A stretch of DNA of 53,040 bases from positions 1-53,040 of the forward strand of contig JBDGSJ010000013.1 of NCBI GenBank assembly GCA_042217585.1. The letters are read 5' to 3'. The notes beneath the pieces were generated by a model. That model was not told the DNA's origin, ran no database searches, and saw only the letters and a program-made list of their open reading frames with translations. Source of the stretch: Candidatus Nanohaloarchaea archaeon (lineage in GTDB: Archaea; Nanohalarchaeota; Nanosalinia; Nanosalinales; Nanosalinaceae). The position numbers and the translations under genes are program-made. Below are positions 35,452 through 44,408 of this stretch, one piece after another. Position 1 is the stretch's first letter, and each line of letters starts with the position of its first letter.

Positions 35452-38145
35452 TTACCCCTGGTCCTCTATCCTCTCCATGACCTGTTCGTGAAGCTTCTGG
35501 AGCCTCTCCTTCTTGTCCTCCATCTTGATGACGTCGGTGCTCCCCTGCAGGAGCAGGTTGTGGCTGAACGGCGAGGGAACGCCCCGGGACTCTATCTCCG
35601 AGAACGTGATCCGGCCGGACTCGATTCCCTCGATTACCTCCTTCGCGTGCCGGATATCCATCGCGTCCTCCATTATCTCCCGGTAGGTCTCCTTCACCAT
35701 CGGGAACTCCTCGTCGTACTGGTTCCGGACCGCGGATAGCAGGAAGTGGCCCTTCATCTGCTGCTGTCCGACGGTCTTCGAGTTCCCGGCGTAGTTCCTG
35801 AGTATCATGAGGGAGCGGCCGGCGACGTGGCGGAAACGCCTCTTCATGAGCTCTGTCTTCCGGACCGCGTTCCTGAGCTCTGCCTCGGGATCGCATTCCG
35901 CGAGCTGGTCCATCAGCTTGTCCAGATCGACGGGCCTCCTCGGGGTCCTGAGTATGAACCCGTTGTCGTCGATCACCATCCCGATGTTGGACCCGAACCG
36001 TTTCTGGAGGAGGTGTGCGAGTATCCGTGCGAGGGCGTCGTGGGCCCTCCTGCCGTAGATGGTGTGGAATATCAGGTTCTGCCTGTTCTCGTCGTCGATG
36101 TACTTCTCCACCGTTATGTTCTCGTGGTCCGCCACCTCTCCGACGTAGTCGTACTGCTCCTTAATGTAGCTGTAGATCGCCTCCGCGGTGTTCTCGTCGA
36201 GGTAGTAGTTCTGCATGACCCATCGGATGATCTCGTCGTCGGAGGCGTTCATCTCTATCTGCTTCCCCACGTCACGCCTGAACTTCCCTATCTTCACCCC
36301 GAGGTCGTAGCTCAGCGGGAGGCGCTCCGAGTACCAGGAAGGGACCGTCGGCGACTTCTGCGGCTGCGGATCGACAAACACCTTCATCCCCTTCGCGTAC
36401 CGGAACTCGTAGGTGGAACCGCCGAGAGTGAAGATATCGCCCTTGGTCAGCCGGTCAAGGAACTCCTCGTCAAGGCTGCCGACGTACTCCTTGTCTCCCC
36501 GCGTCACCACGTCGTAGCCGGTCTCGTCCGGTATCGTCCCGATGTTCGTCATGTAGATGACCCGGGTCATCTTGCCGGACCGGCCGAAACGGTTCTCATC
36601 CCGGTCCACCCATATCTTCCGGTACACGTTCTGGTCCTCGAGCTCGTACTCGCCGCCGAGGTACTTCAGCACCCGGTTCCAGTCCTCCCTTTCCAGGCCC
36701 CGGTAGCAGTAACTTTTTCTAACGACGTTGAAGGCGTGGTCGATGTCCCAGCGGTGGTTGCACGCCATCCCGACGACGTGCTGCGCCAGAACATCCAGGC
36801 ACCGGGTCGGTATCTGTATCCGGTCCAGCTCGTCCTCCTTCGCGCATTTCGTCAGGACCGAGCACTCCATCGCGTCGTCCCTGTCGCTCACGATCATCTT
36901 TCCCTTTGCGGTCTCCCCTATCCTGTGACCCGACCTTCCGATCCTCTGTATCCCTCTCGCAACACCCTTGGGCGAACCCAGCTGGAGGACCAGATCCACC
37001 GCGCCGATGTCCACCCCGAGTTCCAGTGAGGTCGAGGTCACGCCGACCCTCATCTCCCCCTTCTTCAGCCTCTCCTCGACCTCCAGCCTGTTCTCCCGGG
37101 ACATCGAGGAGTGGTGCGCGCCGATGTTTTCCTCGTAGCTGTCCGGGAACCTCTCCTTCAGGTTGTTGACCACCCGCTCCGTCGCCGACCGTGTGTTAGT
37201 GAAGATGATCGTGGACTCGTGGTCCTGTATCAGGTCGTGGAGCCGGTCGTACATCGCCTCATGGACCTCCTCCGGCGGCGTATGTATCAGGTCCCTTACC
37301 GGCGATATCGTCTCTATATCGATCTCCTTCGACGCGGCGACGTCGACTATGTTGCACCCACGGCACTCATAGTCATCGTTTTCAGCTTCATCCGCGGTCC
37401 TGATATCCTCGTACTCGGTCTCCTCCAGCTCGATGTCCTCCTCCGTGTCGTAACCGACCAGGTATTTCGCTATCTCGTCGATCGGTGCCTGCGTCGCGGA
37501 GAGCCCGATCCTGGTCGGAGAGGTGTTCGCCATCTCCTCAAGCCTTTCCAGCGAGAGCGACAGGTGTACGCCGCGCTTGTTCTCGCTCAGCGAGTGTATC
37601 TCGTCCACGATGGTGTACTTAACGTTCTTCAGCTTCTCCTTGAACTTCGGTGAGTCAAGAATTATGCCGAGGCTCTCCGGGGTCGTTATCAGAATATGAG
37701 GCGGCTTCTCCAGCATCTTCGACTTCTCAGCGTCAGTCGTGTCCCCGGTCCTGACCGCTGACCGGACCTCCGGCACCTCCCGCCCCATCTCCTCCGCCTT
37801 CTCCTTTATACCGGAGAGAGGGTCCTCAAGGTTCCTCTGTATATCATTGTTTAGCGCCCTCAGGGGTGAGACGTAAAGTACGTAGACCTCGTCGTCCAGT
37901 TCTCCCTCATCGCCCATGGAGAAAAGCTCGTTGAGGGCGGACATGAAGGCCGAGAGGGTCTTCCCGGACCCTGTCGGGGCGCATATCAGAGAGTTCTCAT
38001 CGTTGTGGATCAGGTCGAAGGCGTACTTCTGCGGCTCCGAGAGCGACGGGAACTGGTCGTTGAACCATCCCTTTACGTAGGGTTCGAAGTCCTCCGGCAG
38101 GTCCTCGGAGGCATCGGATTCATCGACAAATTTTACCTCAGACAT
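35452..38145 (-). CDS. lhr: Lhr-family ATP-dependent helicase (core form)
   Basis: APTGSGKT, YVSPLRALNNDI, TTPESL, DEIH, GLSAT, HHSS, LELGVDIG, QRIGRSGH. Confidence 0.95.
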   Translation of the reverse strand: MSEVKFVDESDASEDLPEDFEPYVKGWFNDQFPSLSEPQKYAFDLIHNDENSLICAPTGSGKTLSAFMSALNELFSMGDEGELDDEVYVLYVSPLRALNNDIQRNLEDPLSGIKEKAEEMGREVPEVRSAVRTGDTTDAEKSKMLEKPPHILITTPESLGIILDSPKFKEKLKNVKYTIVDEIHSLSENKRGVHLSLSLERLEEMANTSPTRIGLSATQAPIDEIAKYLVGYDTEEDIELEETEYEDIRTADEAENDDYECRGCNIVDVAASKEIDIETISPVRDLIHTPPEEVHEAMYDRLHDLIQDHESTIIFTNTRSATERVVNNLKERFPDSYEENIGAHHSSMSRENRLEVEERLKKGEMRVGVTSTSLELGVDIGAVDLVLQLGSPKGVARGIQRIGRSGHRIGETAKGKMIVSDRDDAMECSVLTKCAKEDELDRIQIPTRCLDVLAQHVVGMACNHRWDIDHAFNVVRKSYCYRGLEREDWNRVLKYLGGEYELEDQNVYRKIWVDRDENRFGRSGKMTRVIYMTNIGTIPDETGYDVVTRGDKEYVGSLDEEFLDRLTKGDIFTLGGSTYEFRYAKGMKVFVDPQPQKSPTVPSWYSERLPLSYDLGVKIGKFRRDVGKQIEMNASDDEIIRWVMQNYYLDENTAEAIYSYIKEQYDYVGEVADHENITVEKYIDDENRQNLIFHTIYGRRAHDALARILAHLLQKRFGSNIGMVIDDNGFILRTPRRPVDLDKLMDQLAECDPEAELRNAVRKTELMKRRFRHVAGRSLMILRNYAGNSKTVGQQQMKGHFLLSAVRNQYDEEFPMVKETYREIMEDAMDIRHAKEVIEGIESGRITFSEIESRGVPSPFSHNLLLQGSTDVIKMEDKKERLQKLHEQVMERIEDQG

Positions 38146-38226
38146 ATGACACGGCATTGATAGCAAGCTTTAATAGACTGAGAAAACCTCTCTCCGGGCT
38201 TCTGAACGGTTTGAGAGACCCTACCT

Positions 38227-39096
38227 TCAGAATTCGGCGGCGTCGATCCTGGAGAACAGGTAGGCGAAGAACGCCGTCATCAGGCCGACCACCGGCTGGA
38301 GCGATACAGCCAGCAGGACTATGAAAGGTACGAATACCGCCATGTACTTCCCGTGGAGCCTCTTGCGGACCATCTCGGAGATCGGGTCCTGAATATCTAT
38401 CCTCTCCGTGATGTTGTCGAGTCTCTGGGCCCTCCGCTTCCATTCTGTCATCACTATGCTGGAGATGTTGTAACGGGCTCTCTGGAACGACTGGAGGACC
38501 TTCCTCATCGCCGTCCTGCTGAGATTTTCATCCCTGAGATCCCTGAGAACCACATTCTGTGTCAGACGGACCGTTTCCTTCACGGTCCTGTTAACGTCGT
38601 ACTTCAGTCTCTCCCTCCTGTTCTGGAAGAAGTCGCTCTGCTCGTACAGTTTCTCAGCCTGCTGGCCTACTATCAGGGCCGTCCTGTTCTGGACCGTGTC
38701 GTGGAAATCCTGTGAGGAGCTGGACAGGGCGAAGAATGACGCCCCCGCTATTATCCCCATGAAGAGCAGTGGTATCCTCGTCGAGGCATAGAAATCCCTG
38801 AAACGGCCCCCTCCCGAGAAAACGGAGACGAAGACGTTCCCCGAGGCCACGATGCCCGCTCCTACGGCCATGAGCGGCCCCAGGGGAGCGAAAAGCAGTG
38901 CAGTCAACGACACCAGCGATTCCCTCCTGAAACCCGACATCGATATATAGGCCGTGTAGCCGAAGAGCGCGAAAACAGCGACTGCGCCTGCCATGGTCCA
39001 CGGCCGTGAAAAGTCTACTATGTAGGCCGATGAGGCGGCGAGAATGGTGAGCGACAGCTCCACCGCGTAGTCCGTGTACCTGTGAACTTTCTCCAT
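38227..39096 (-). CDS. Multi-pass membrane protein
   Basis: Several TM helices flanking a helical soluble segment. Confidence 0.7.
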   Translation of the reverse strand: MEKVHRYTDYAVELSLTILAASSAYIVDFSRPWTMAGAVAVFALFGYTAYISMSGFRRESLVSLTALLFAPLGPLMAVGAGIVASGNVFVSVFSGGGRFRDFYASTRIPLLFMGIIAGASFFALSSSSQDFHDTVQNRTALIVGQQAEKLYEQSDFFQNRRERLKYDVNRTVKETVRLTQNVVLRDLRDENLSRTAMRKVLQSFQRARYNISSIVMTEWKRRAQRLDNITERIDIQDPISEMVRKRLHGKYMAVFVPFIVLLAVSLQPVVGLMTAFFAYLFSRIDAAEF

Positions 39097-39138
39097 CCCT
39101 GTGTTAACTCCCTTCCCGCGGTTAATTAAATGTGGCCC

Positions 39139-40068
39139 TCATCCGCCGACCAGTTCGGAGTAAAGGGCCTCTGCGTGGCCGCGGTCCCTTGCCTCGACTA
39201 TCGCTCTCCCGGAACTGAAGAACGTGATCTCCCTTCCGTCGTACTCCAGGCGGACGAGATGCTCGTTCCGGGCGATAACCTCTGCGGACTCGAGCTCGTC
39301 CGTTTCCGGTGTGCCCTCTCCCCTGACCTGGTACTTTTCCTCACCGCAGACCGAGACCGTCCGGGCGTCTCCTTCCAGGTGTGGACGCTCGCCTTCCCCG
39401 CAGACCCGGCAACCCGGGCTCTCGACATCCAGCCTGTCGCCGGTGTGGACCACATCCAGTCTCTCCGGGACATCCTTCCCTGAAAGATGCTTCACGGCTT
39501 TCTGAGCACTCTTCAGACCTGTGCGGGCCGCGACCTCTCTCATTACGCCCTCTGTCTCACAGGTCCCGAGGTCCGGCATCTTTTCACCTATCAGGCAGTT
39601 GAAACATTCATCTCTGAAGAACATCGAGTAACCTTTCTCGGCTATCGCCGCGGTGTATATCCACGGGATTTCTCTCTCCCGGCAGTACTCGGAGATTATA
39701 TGCCTGGTCCTCAGGTTGTCGGTACCGTCCAGCACGAGGTCCACGCCCTCCAGAAGCCCGGTGCTGGAGTTACCGAGGCTGGCCACGTGGGATTCGATAT
39801 CCGTCATACCGGAGAGAATCTCCGCGGCCGCCCTGGCCTTGGGAAGAGATTCACGGCAATGCTCCGGGCCGTAGACAGAGGATGAGTAGACGTCTTTCTC
39901 CTCAAGATAGTCCCTGTCGATTAGGACCAGGTTCACGCCGTGCCGGGCCAGGCTATCCGCTACCACTGACCCTGTAGCCCCAAGACCGACTACAGCAACC
40001 TCTGAATCCTCCAGCATCCGCTGCTCCTTCTCCCCGTAACCCGAGATGGCCGTGAACCTGCTGTACAT
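39139..40068 (-). CDS. ThiF/MoeB/E1-like adenylyltransferase family protein
   Basis: VVGLGATG, DRD, PKA, DGTDN, CFNC, TCETEG, CRVC. Confidence 0.88.
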   Translation of the reverse strand: MYSRFTAISGYGEKEQRMLEDSEVAVVGLGATGSVVADSLARHGVNLVLIDRDYLEEKDVYSSSVYGPEHCRESLPKARAAAEILSGMTDIESHVASLGNSSTGLLEGVDLVLDGTDNLRTRHIISEYCREREIPWIYTAAIAEKGYSMFFRDECFNCLIGEKMPDLGTCETEGVMREVAARTGLKSAQKAVKHLSGKDVPERLDVVHTGDRLDVESPGCRVCGEGERPHLEGDARTVSVCGEEKYQVRGEGTPETDELESAEVIARNEHLVRLEYDGREITFFSSGRAIVEARDRGHAEALYSELVGG

Positions 40069-40157
40069 GGATGAAGATTGGAACTCCGGTTTTTAATACG
40101 GGGAGGCGGTCGGACCCTCCCGGAAATTTTTTGAAGATCGGGTGGGAGAACGACCCT

Positions 40158-40994
40158 ATGATCCAGTCTTTACAAGGCATTCTGACCGAAGTCAGAAGCT
40201 CCCTGATCTCATTCATGCCCAAGGTCAGCCCCGAGGCAGTGGCCTGGGCGGGAATAGTCCTCCTCCTCGGGCGAGGAGCCAAGAAACTGGTCAACATGGG
40301 CCTTACAAGGGTCCTGGAGGAGAGAGGGAGCGACGAGCACGCCATAAAATCGGCGAAAAAGGCTTCATCCTACACCGTCTACAGCCTGACTTTCATCGTG
40401 GTACTGGGGATATTCGGCGTGCCTCCCTCCGCTCTCAGCACGGTACTGGGACTGGTGGGACTGGGAGTTTCCTTCGCTCTGAAGGACATGATAGCGAACT
40501 TCATCTCGGGGATATTCCTCCTGGTCAACCGGCCCTTCAAGATCGGAGACCAGATAGAGGTTGACGGTGAGAGCGGCACTATCCAGGATGTCAAGATCAG
40601 GGCGACGGAGATAAAGACATACGACGGGAGGAAGGTGATAATCCCGAACTCTATGCTTTTCTCCGGCAAGGTAACCAACATGACAGCCTACGAGAAAAGA
40701 CGGTTCGCGGTCCTGGTCGGTGTCGGCTACGATGACGATATAGGGAGGGCGAGAGACCTCGCGATGGAGGCTATGGAGGAATCCGACGAGGTCGCGGACG
40801 ATCCCTCGCCCCAGGTCATCGTCGACGAACTCGCCGGGTCCTCGGTGAACCTGAAGCTGAGGGCCTGGACCCGTTCACAGAAGGCCGACATGGTCCGTGC
40901 CTCCTCCGAGATAACGGAAAAGGTTAAGGAGAAGTACGACGCCGAGGGGATCGACATACCGTACCCGATCCGGACGGTGCTTATGGAGGAGTAA
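40158..40994 (+). CDS. mscS: Small-conductance mechanosensitive channel
   Basis: GLGVSFALKD..ANFISG, RPFKIGD, IIPNS, GIDIPYP. Confidence 0.93.
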   Translation: MIQSLQGILTEVRSSLISFMPKVSPEAVAWAGIVLLLGRGAKKLVNMGLTRVLEERGSDEHAIKSAKKASSYTVYSLTFIVVLGIFGVPPSALSTVLGLVGLGVSFALKDMIANFISGIFLLVNRPFKIGDQIEVDGESGTIQDVKIRATEIKTYDGRKVIIPNSMLFSGKVTNMTAYEKRRFAVLVGVGYDDDIGRARDLAMEAMEESDEVADDPSPQVIVDELAGSSVNLKLRAWTRSQKADMVRASSEITEKVKEKYDAEGIDIPYPIRTVLMEE

Positions 40995-41031
40995 CCCTCC
41001 GATTATTAAGCGTGGAAGGAGAGGTGAAGGT

Positions 41032-41343
41032 ATGCCGACCGATATCACTCCCGATAAGCTTGAGGAGATACAGAACTCCGGAGAGACATGGATACTGGAC
41101 TTCTGGGCGGACTGGTGCCAGCCCTGCAAGAAACTGGCCCCCGTCTTCGAGGAGGTATCCGGGGATGTGGACGGCGTCAACTTCGGAAAGATCAACATCG
41201 AGGACCACCAGGACCTCGCACAGAAGTTCGGCGTGAGAGCGATCCCGACGATGGTTATCGTACGGGGCGAAGACGAACTTGACAGGAAGTCAGGTGCCCT
41301 CGGAAAGGAGGACCTCGAGAGCTGGGTCAGGGAGTACGCCTAG
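41032..41343 (+). CDS. trxA: Thioredoxin
   Basis: DFWADWCQPCK, GVRAIPT; GAGGTGA SD. Confidence 0.93.
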   Translation: MPTDITPDKLEEIQNSGETWILDFWADWCQPCKKLAPVFEEVSGDVDGVNFGKINIEDHQDLAQKFGVRAIPTMVIVRGEDELDRKSGALGKEDLESWVREYA

Positions 41344-41828
41344 ATCCTGTCGGTCCAGTCGACGTCCCCGTAACCGGAATCCCCTTCTTCTATCCTTTTC
41401 TCGACCTCTTCAGCCACTTCCCCGGGCTCTCTACCAGTGGTATCGACCTCTATGATGTTCTCCTGGATCTCGACAGCCTCCGAGAGCACGACATCAAGTA
41501 TCTCGGACTGGACGTTCTCCTCGATCTTCGTGTTGCTGTATCCCCTCTCCTTCAGCCTCTCCCTGAGCTCCTCCGGCTCACATCTCAGGACGACGCAGTA
41601 GTCCGCCGGGAAATGGTGTGAAAGATGTCCCTCCACGACTTTTTCCCCGTCGCCGAGCTCTGACTCCAGCTCTTCGACCATCCTGTCCACGTCGACGATG
41701 AACTCTTCCTCCTCGTGTCCTATCCCTCTCTCCTTCACGAACCGGGTGAGGTCCAGCACCTCGTGATCCATCTCCTCCGCGACAGAGGTCTTCCCGGTCC
41801 CCGGAGTCCCTGTAAGCGCTATTTTCAC
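41340..41828 (-). CDS. Adenylate kinase AK6/Fap7 family
   Basis: GTG start at 41828; ALTGTPGTGKT, VEGHLSH, RL.ERGY...KIEEN..SE. Confidence 0.88.
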   Translation of the reverse strand: MKIALTGTPGTGKTSVAEEMDHEVLDLTRFVKERGIGHEEEEFIVDVDRMVEELESELGDGEKVVEGHLSHHFPADYCVVLRCEPEELRERLKERGYSNTKIEENVQSEILDVVLSEAVEIQENIIEVDTTGREPGEVAEEVEKRIEEGDSGYGDVDWTDRI

Positions 41829-41903
41829 AACTCCCGGTTCCTGCTGAAAGCATAAAAAGATGGTATGGGCTGGTGATGATGTGACTCTGGAGGGTGACGA
41901 ATC

Positions 41904-42854
41904 TTGATATCTGTTTGGACCGAGAAGCACCGGCCCGAGACCCTGGATGAGGTCATAGGGCAGGAAAAGATAGTTGAAAGACTCAAGGCGTTCGTGGAGG
42001 AGGACTCGGTGCCGCACATGCTGTTCGCGGGACCTGCCGGGACCGGGAAGACGACCTCTGCCGTGGCGCTGGCGAAGGACCTTTTCGGCGACGACTGGAA
42101 GGACAACTTCAAGGAGACCAACGCCTCCGACGAGAGAGGTATAGACGTGGTCCGGGACCAGATAAAGAGCTTCGCCCGCACCAAACCGATAAACGCAGAC
42201 TACAAGATAATCTTCCTCGACGAGGCCGACGCGCTGACCTCGGACGCCCAGCAGGCGCTGAGAAGGACGATGGAGCAGTTCTCGGATAACTGCCGGTTCA
42301 TACTTTCCTGCAACTACTCATCCAAGATAATCGACCCCATCCAGTCCCGCTGCGCCGTCTTCCGGTTCAACAGGCTGGAGAAGGAGGACGTCGAGGACTA
42401 CATAAAGAGGCTGGGGAAAGAGGAGGACTTCAAGATATCAGGCGAGGCAATCGACGCGATAATGAGGGTCTCGGAGGGAGACCTCAGGAGAGTGACGAAC
42501 GTGCTCCAGACCGCGGCGATACAGAACGAGGAGATAGAGGAGAAGGATATATACGCAGTCGCGGCCTCTCTGAGACCGGACGAGATAAGGGAGATCCTTG
42601 ACAAGAGCCTCAGCGGAGATTTCATAGAGGCAAGGGAGGACCTCGCCGACCTCATGATCGAAAGAGGTCTTGACGGCCAGGACGTGATAAACTCGATTCA
42701 CAGGGAGATCTTCGACCTGGAGCTGGATGACAGGCAGAAGCTGAAGATAATAGAGAGCCTCGGAGAGTTCGAGTTCAGGATAGCCGAGGGCGGAAGCTCG
42801 GACATCCAGATCGAGGCCCTCCTCGCGAAGATCTCAGAGGTAGGACAGAGCTGA
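41904..42854 (+). CDS. rfcS: Replication factor C small subunit
   Basis: WTEKHRP, GPAGTGKT, NASDERGID, DEAD, QSRC; no intein. Confidence 0.96.
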   Translation: MISVWTEKHRPETLDEVIGQEKIVERLKAFVEEDSVPHMLFAGPAGTGKTTSAVALAKDLFGDDWKDNFKETNASDERGIDVVRDQIKSFARTKPINADYKIIFLDEADALTSDAQQALRRTMEQFSDNCRFILSCNYSSKIIDPIQSRCAVFRFNRLEKEDVEDYIKRLGKEEDFKISGEAIDAIMRVSEGDLRRVTNVLQTAAIQNEEIEEKDIYAVAASLRPDEIREILDKSLSGDFIEAREDLADLMIERGLDGQDVINSIHREIFDLELDDRQKLKIIESLGEFEFRIAEGGSSDIQIEALLAKISEVGQS

Positions 42855-42864
42855 GGTCCGGCAG

Positions 42865-44070
42865 ATGATGTGGGTCGAGAAGTACCGTCCGGAAACCCTT
42901 TCTGAGTACAGGGGAGCAAGCAACGAGAAAGAGGAGATAAGGGAGTGGGCGGAGAACTGGGAGCAGGGCGACAGACCGGTCCTTCTACACGGACAGGCCG
43001 GAACCGGAAAGACCTCGATGGTCGAGGCCCTGGCGAACGATCTCGGATACGAGCTTGTGGAGACCAACGCCTCCGACGTCAGGACCAAGAAGAAGCTGAA
43101 GAAGGAGCTGAAGGAGGCGACCCGCCAGGTGTCCTTCTACGGCGGGAACAAGATAATACTGATCGACGAGGTCGACGGCATGTCAGGGAACGCGGACCGC
43201 GGAGGAACCGCGGAGCTCCGTGAGATAGTCGATGAGACACGGTTCCCTGTGGTCATGACGGCGAACGATGCCTATGACTCCAGCATCAGGAGCCTGAGGA
43301 ACAGGTCAAAGATGATAGAACTCGGCTCGGTACACACCAGTTCCATAGCCGCGCACCTGAGGGACATACTGGAGGAGGAAGGGATCGAGTACGAGGACGG
43401 CGTGCCGAAGAGGATCGCGAGGCAGGCGGGAGGACAGATGAGGTCCGCGGTGAACGACCTGGAGGCAGTCGCACGCGGGAAGGAGAAACTGGTCGAAGAG
43501 GACCTCGAGGCGATCTCGCAGAGGGACAACAGGCAGGAGATATTCGACTCGCTGAAGATAATCTTCAAGACGATGAACGCCGACAACGCCCGCCAGGCGA
43601 CGGAGAACCTGGATGAGGACCCCGACACGTTCCTCGAGTGGGTCAGGGAGAACATCCCGCGGGAGTACAAGCGTCCCGGCGACACCTCGAGGGCGTACGA
43701 CTACATCTCAAGGGCGGACCTGTTCAACGGCAGGATAAGGAACACACAGAACTGGAAGCTTCTGAAGTACGTCTACCATTTCTCCACGATAGGGGTGGCG
43801 CTGGCGAAGGATGAGAAGTACAGCGGATGGACCAAGTACCAGTACCCTTCAAAGATAAGGCAGATGGGATCGTCCAGGGCATCAAGGAACACCCTTCAGA
43901 GCATATCCAGCAAGCTCGGCGAGGAGCTGCACCTGTCCAGTCGGGACGTGAAGAAGATGCTGCCGGAGATGTCGGTCTTCCTCGAGAACTATGAGGAGGG
44001 GCTCCAGGAAGAACTCGAGCTATCGGATGACGAGGTAGAGTTCATCCACAGGTTCAGGCCTGACGGCTAG
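42865..44070 (+). CDS. rfcL: Replication factor C large subunit
   Basis: WVEKYRP, GQAGTGKT, NASDVR, DEVDG; directly follows rfcS. Confidence 0.94.
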   Translation: MMWVEKYRPETLSEYRGASNEKEEIREWAENWEQGDRPVLLHGQAGTGKTSMVEALANDLGYELVETNASDVRTKKKLKKELKEATRQVSFYGGNKIILIDEVDGMSGNADRGGTAELREIVDETRFPVVMTANDAYDSSIRSLRNRSKMIELGSVHTSSIAAHLRDILEEEGIEYEDGVPKRIARQAGGQMRSAVNDLEAVARGKEKLVEEDLEAISQRDNRQEIFDSLKIIFKTMNADNARQATENLDEDPDTFLEWVRENIPREYKRPGDTSRAYDYISRADLFNGRIRNTQNWKLLKYVYHFSTIGVALAKDEKYSGWTKYQYPSKIRQMGSSRASRNTLQSISSKLGEELHLSSRDVKKMLPEMSVFLENYEEGLQEELELSDDEVEFIHRFRPDG

Positions 44071-44408
44071 GGTCCGACATCGACGCAGCGGAGGAAGAAG
44101 CTGGAATCCGAGCCGATCTCCTTGGAGAGAGTCACGTTGAAGCAGTCCGGCTGGCCGGTCCTGTTCCAGTAAGAAACCCGTGACCGGTAGTTCTCGAAGG
44201 ATGATATGAGGCGGCGATAGTTCTCTATCTCCCTCGGGTTGTCAGGGGAGACCTTCCCTGCCTGGTGCTGGGCCACCCATATGTAGTAGTCGTCGTTGTC
44301 AGTGCCGTAGTTCCGGGACTGGACCTGCGCCACCATCGTCCCGATGCTTACCATCATCACGCTTACCACTACCGCCGAGACCAGGAAGAACTGTCCCTTC
44401 CTTCTCAT
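44067..44408 (-). CDS. Pilin-like protein (class III signal peptide)
   Basis: MRRKG|QFFLVSAVVV; ATGA overlap with upstream gene. Confidence 0.75.
   Translation of the reverse strand: MRRKGQFFLVSAVVVSVMMVSIGTMVAQVQSRNYGTDNDDYYIWVAQHQAGKVSPDNPREIENYRRLISSFENYRSRVSYWNRTGQPDCFNVTLSKEIGSDSSFFLRCVDVGP

Noticed and set aside
41904..44070. Possible inteins in RFC subunits (and Lhr), which are common intein hosts
   Set aside because: Normal lengths, contiguous Walker A motifs and no C...HN blocks.
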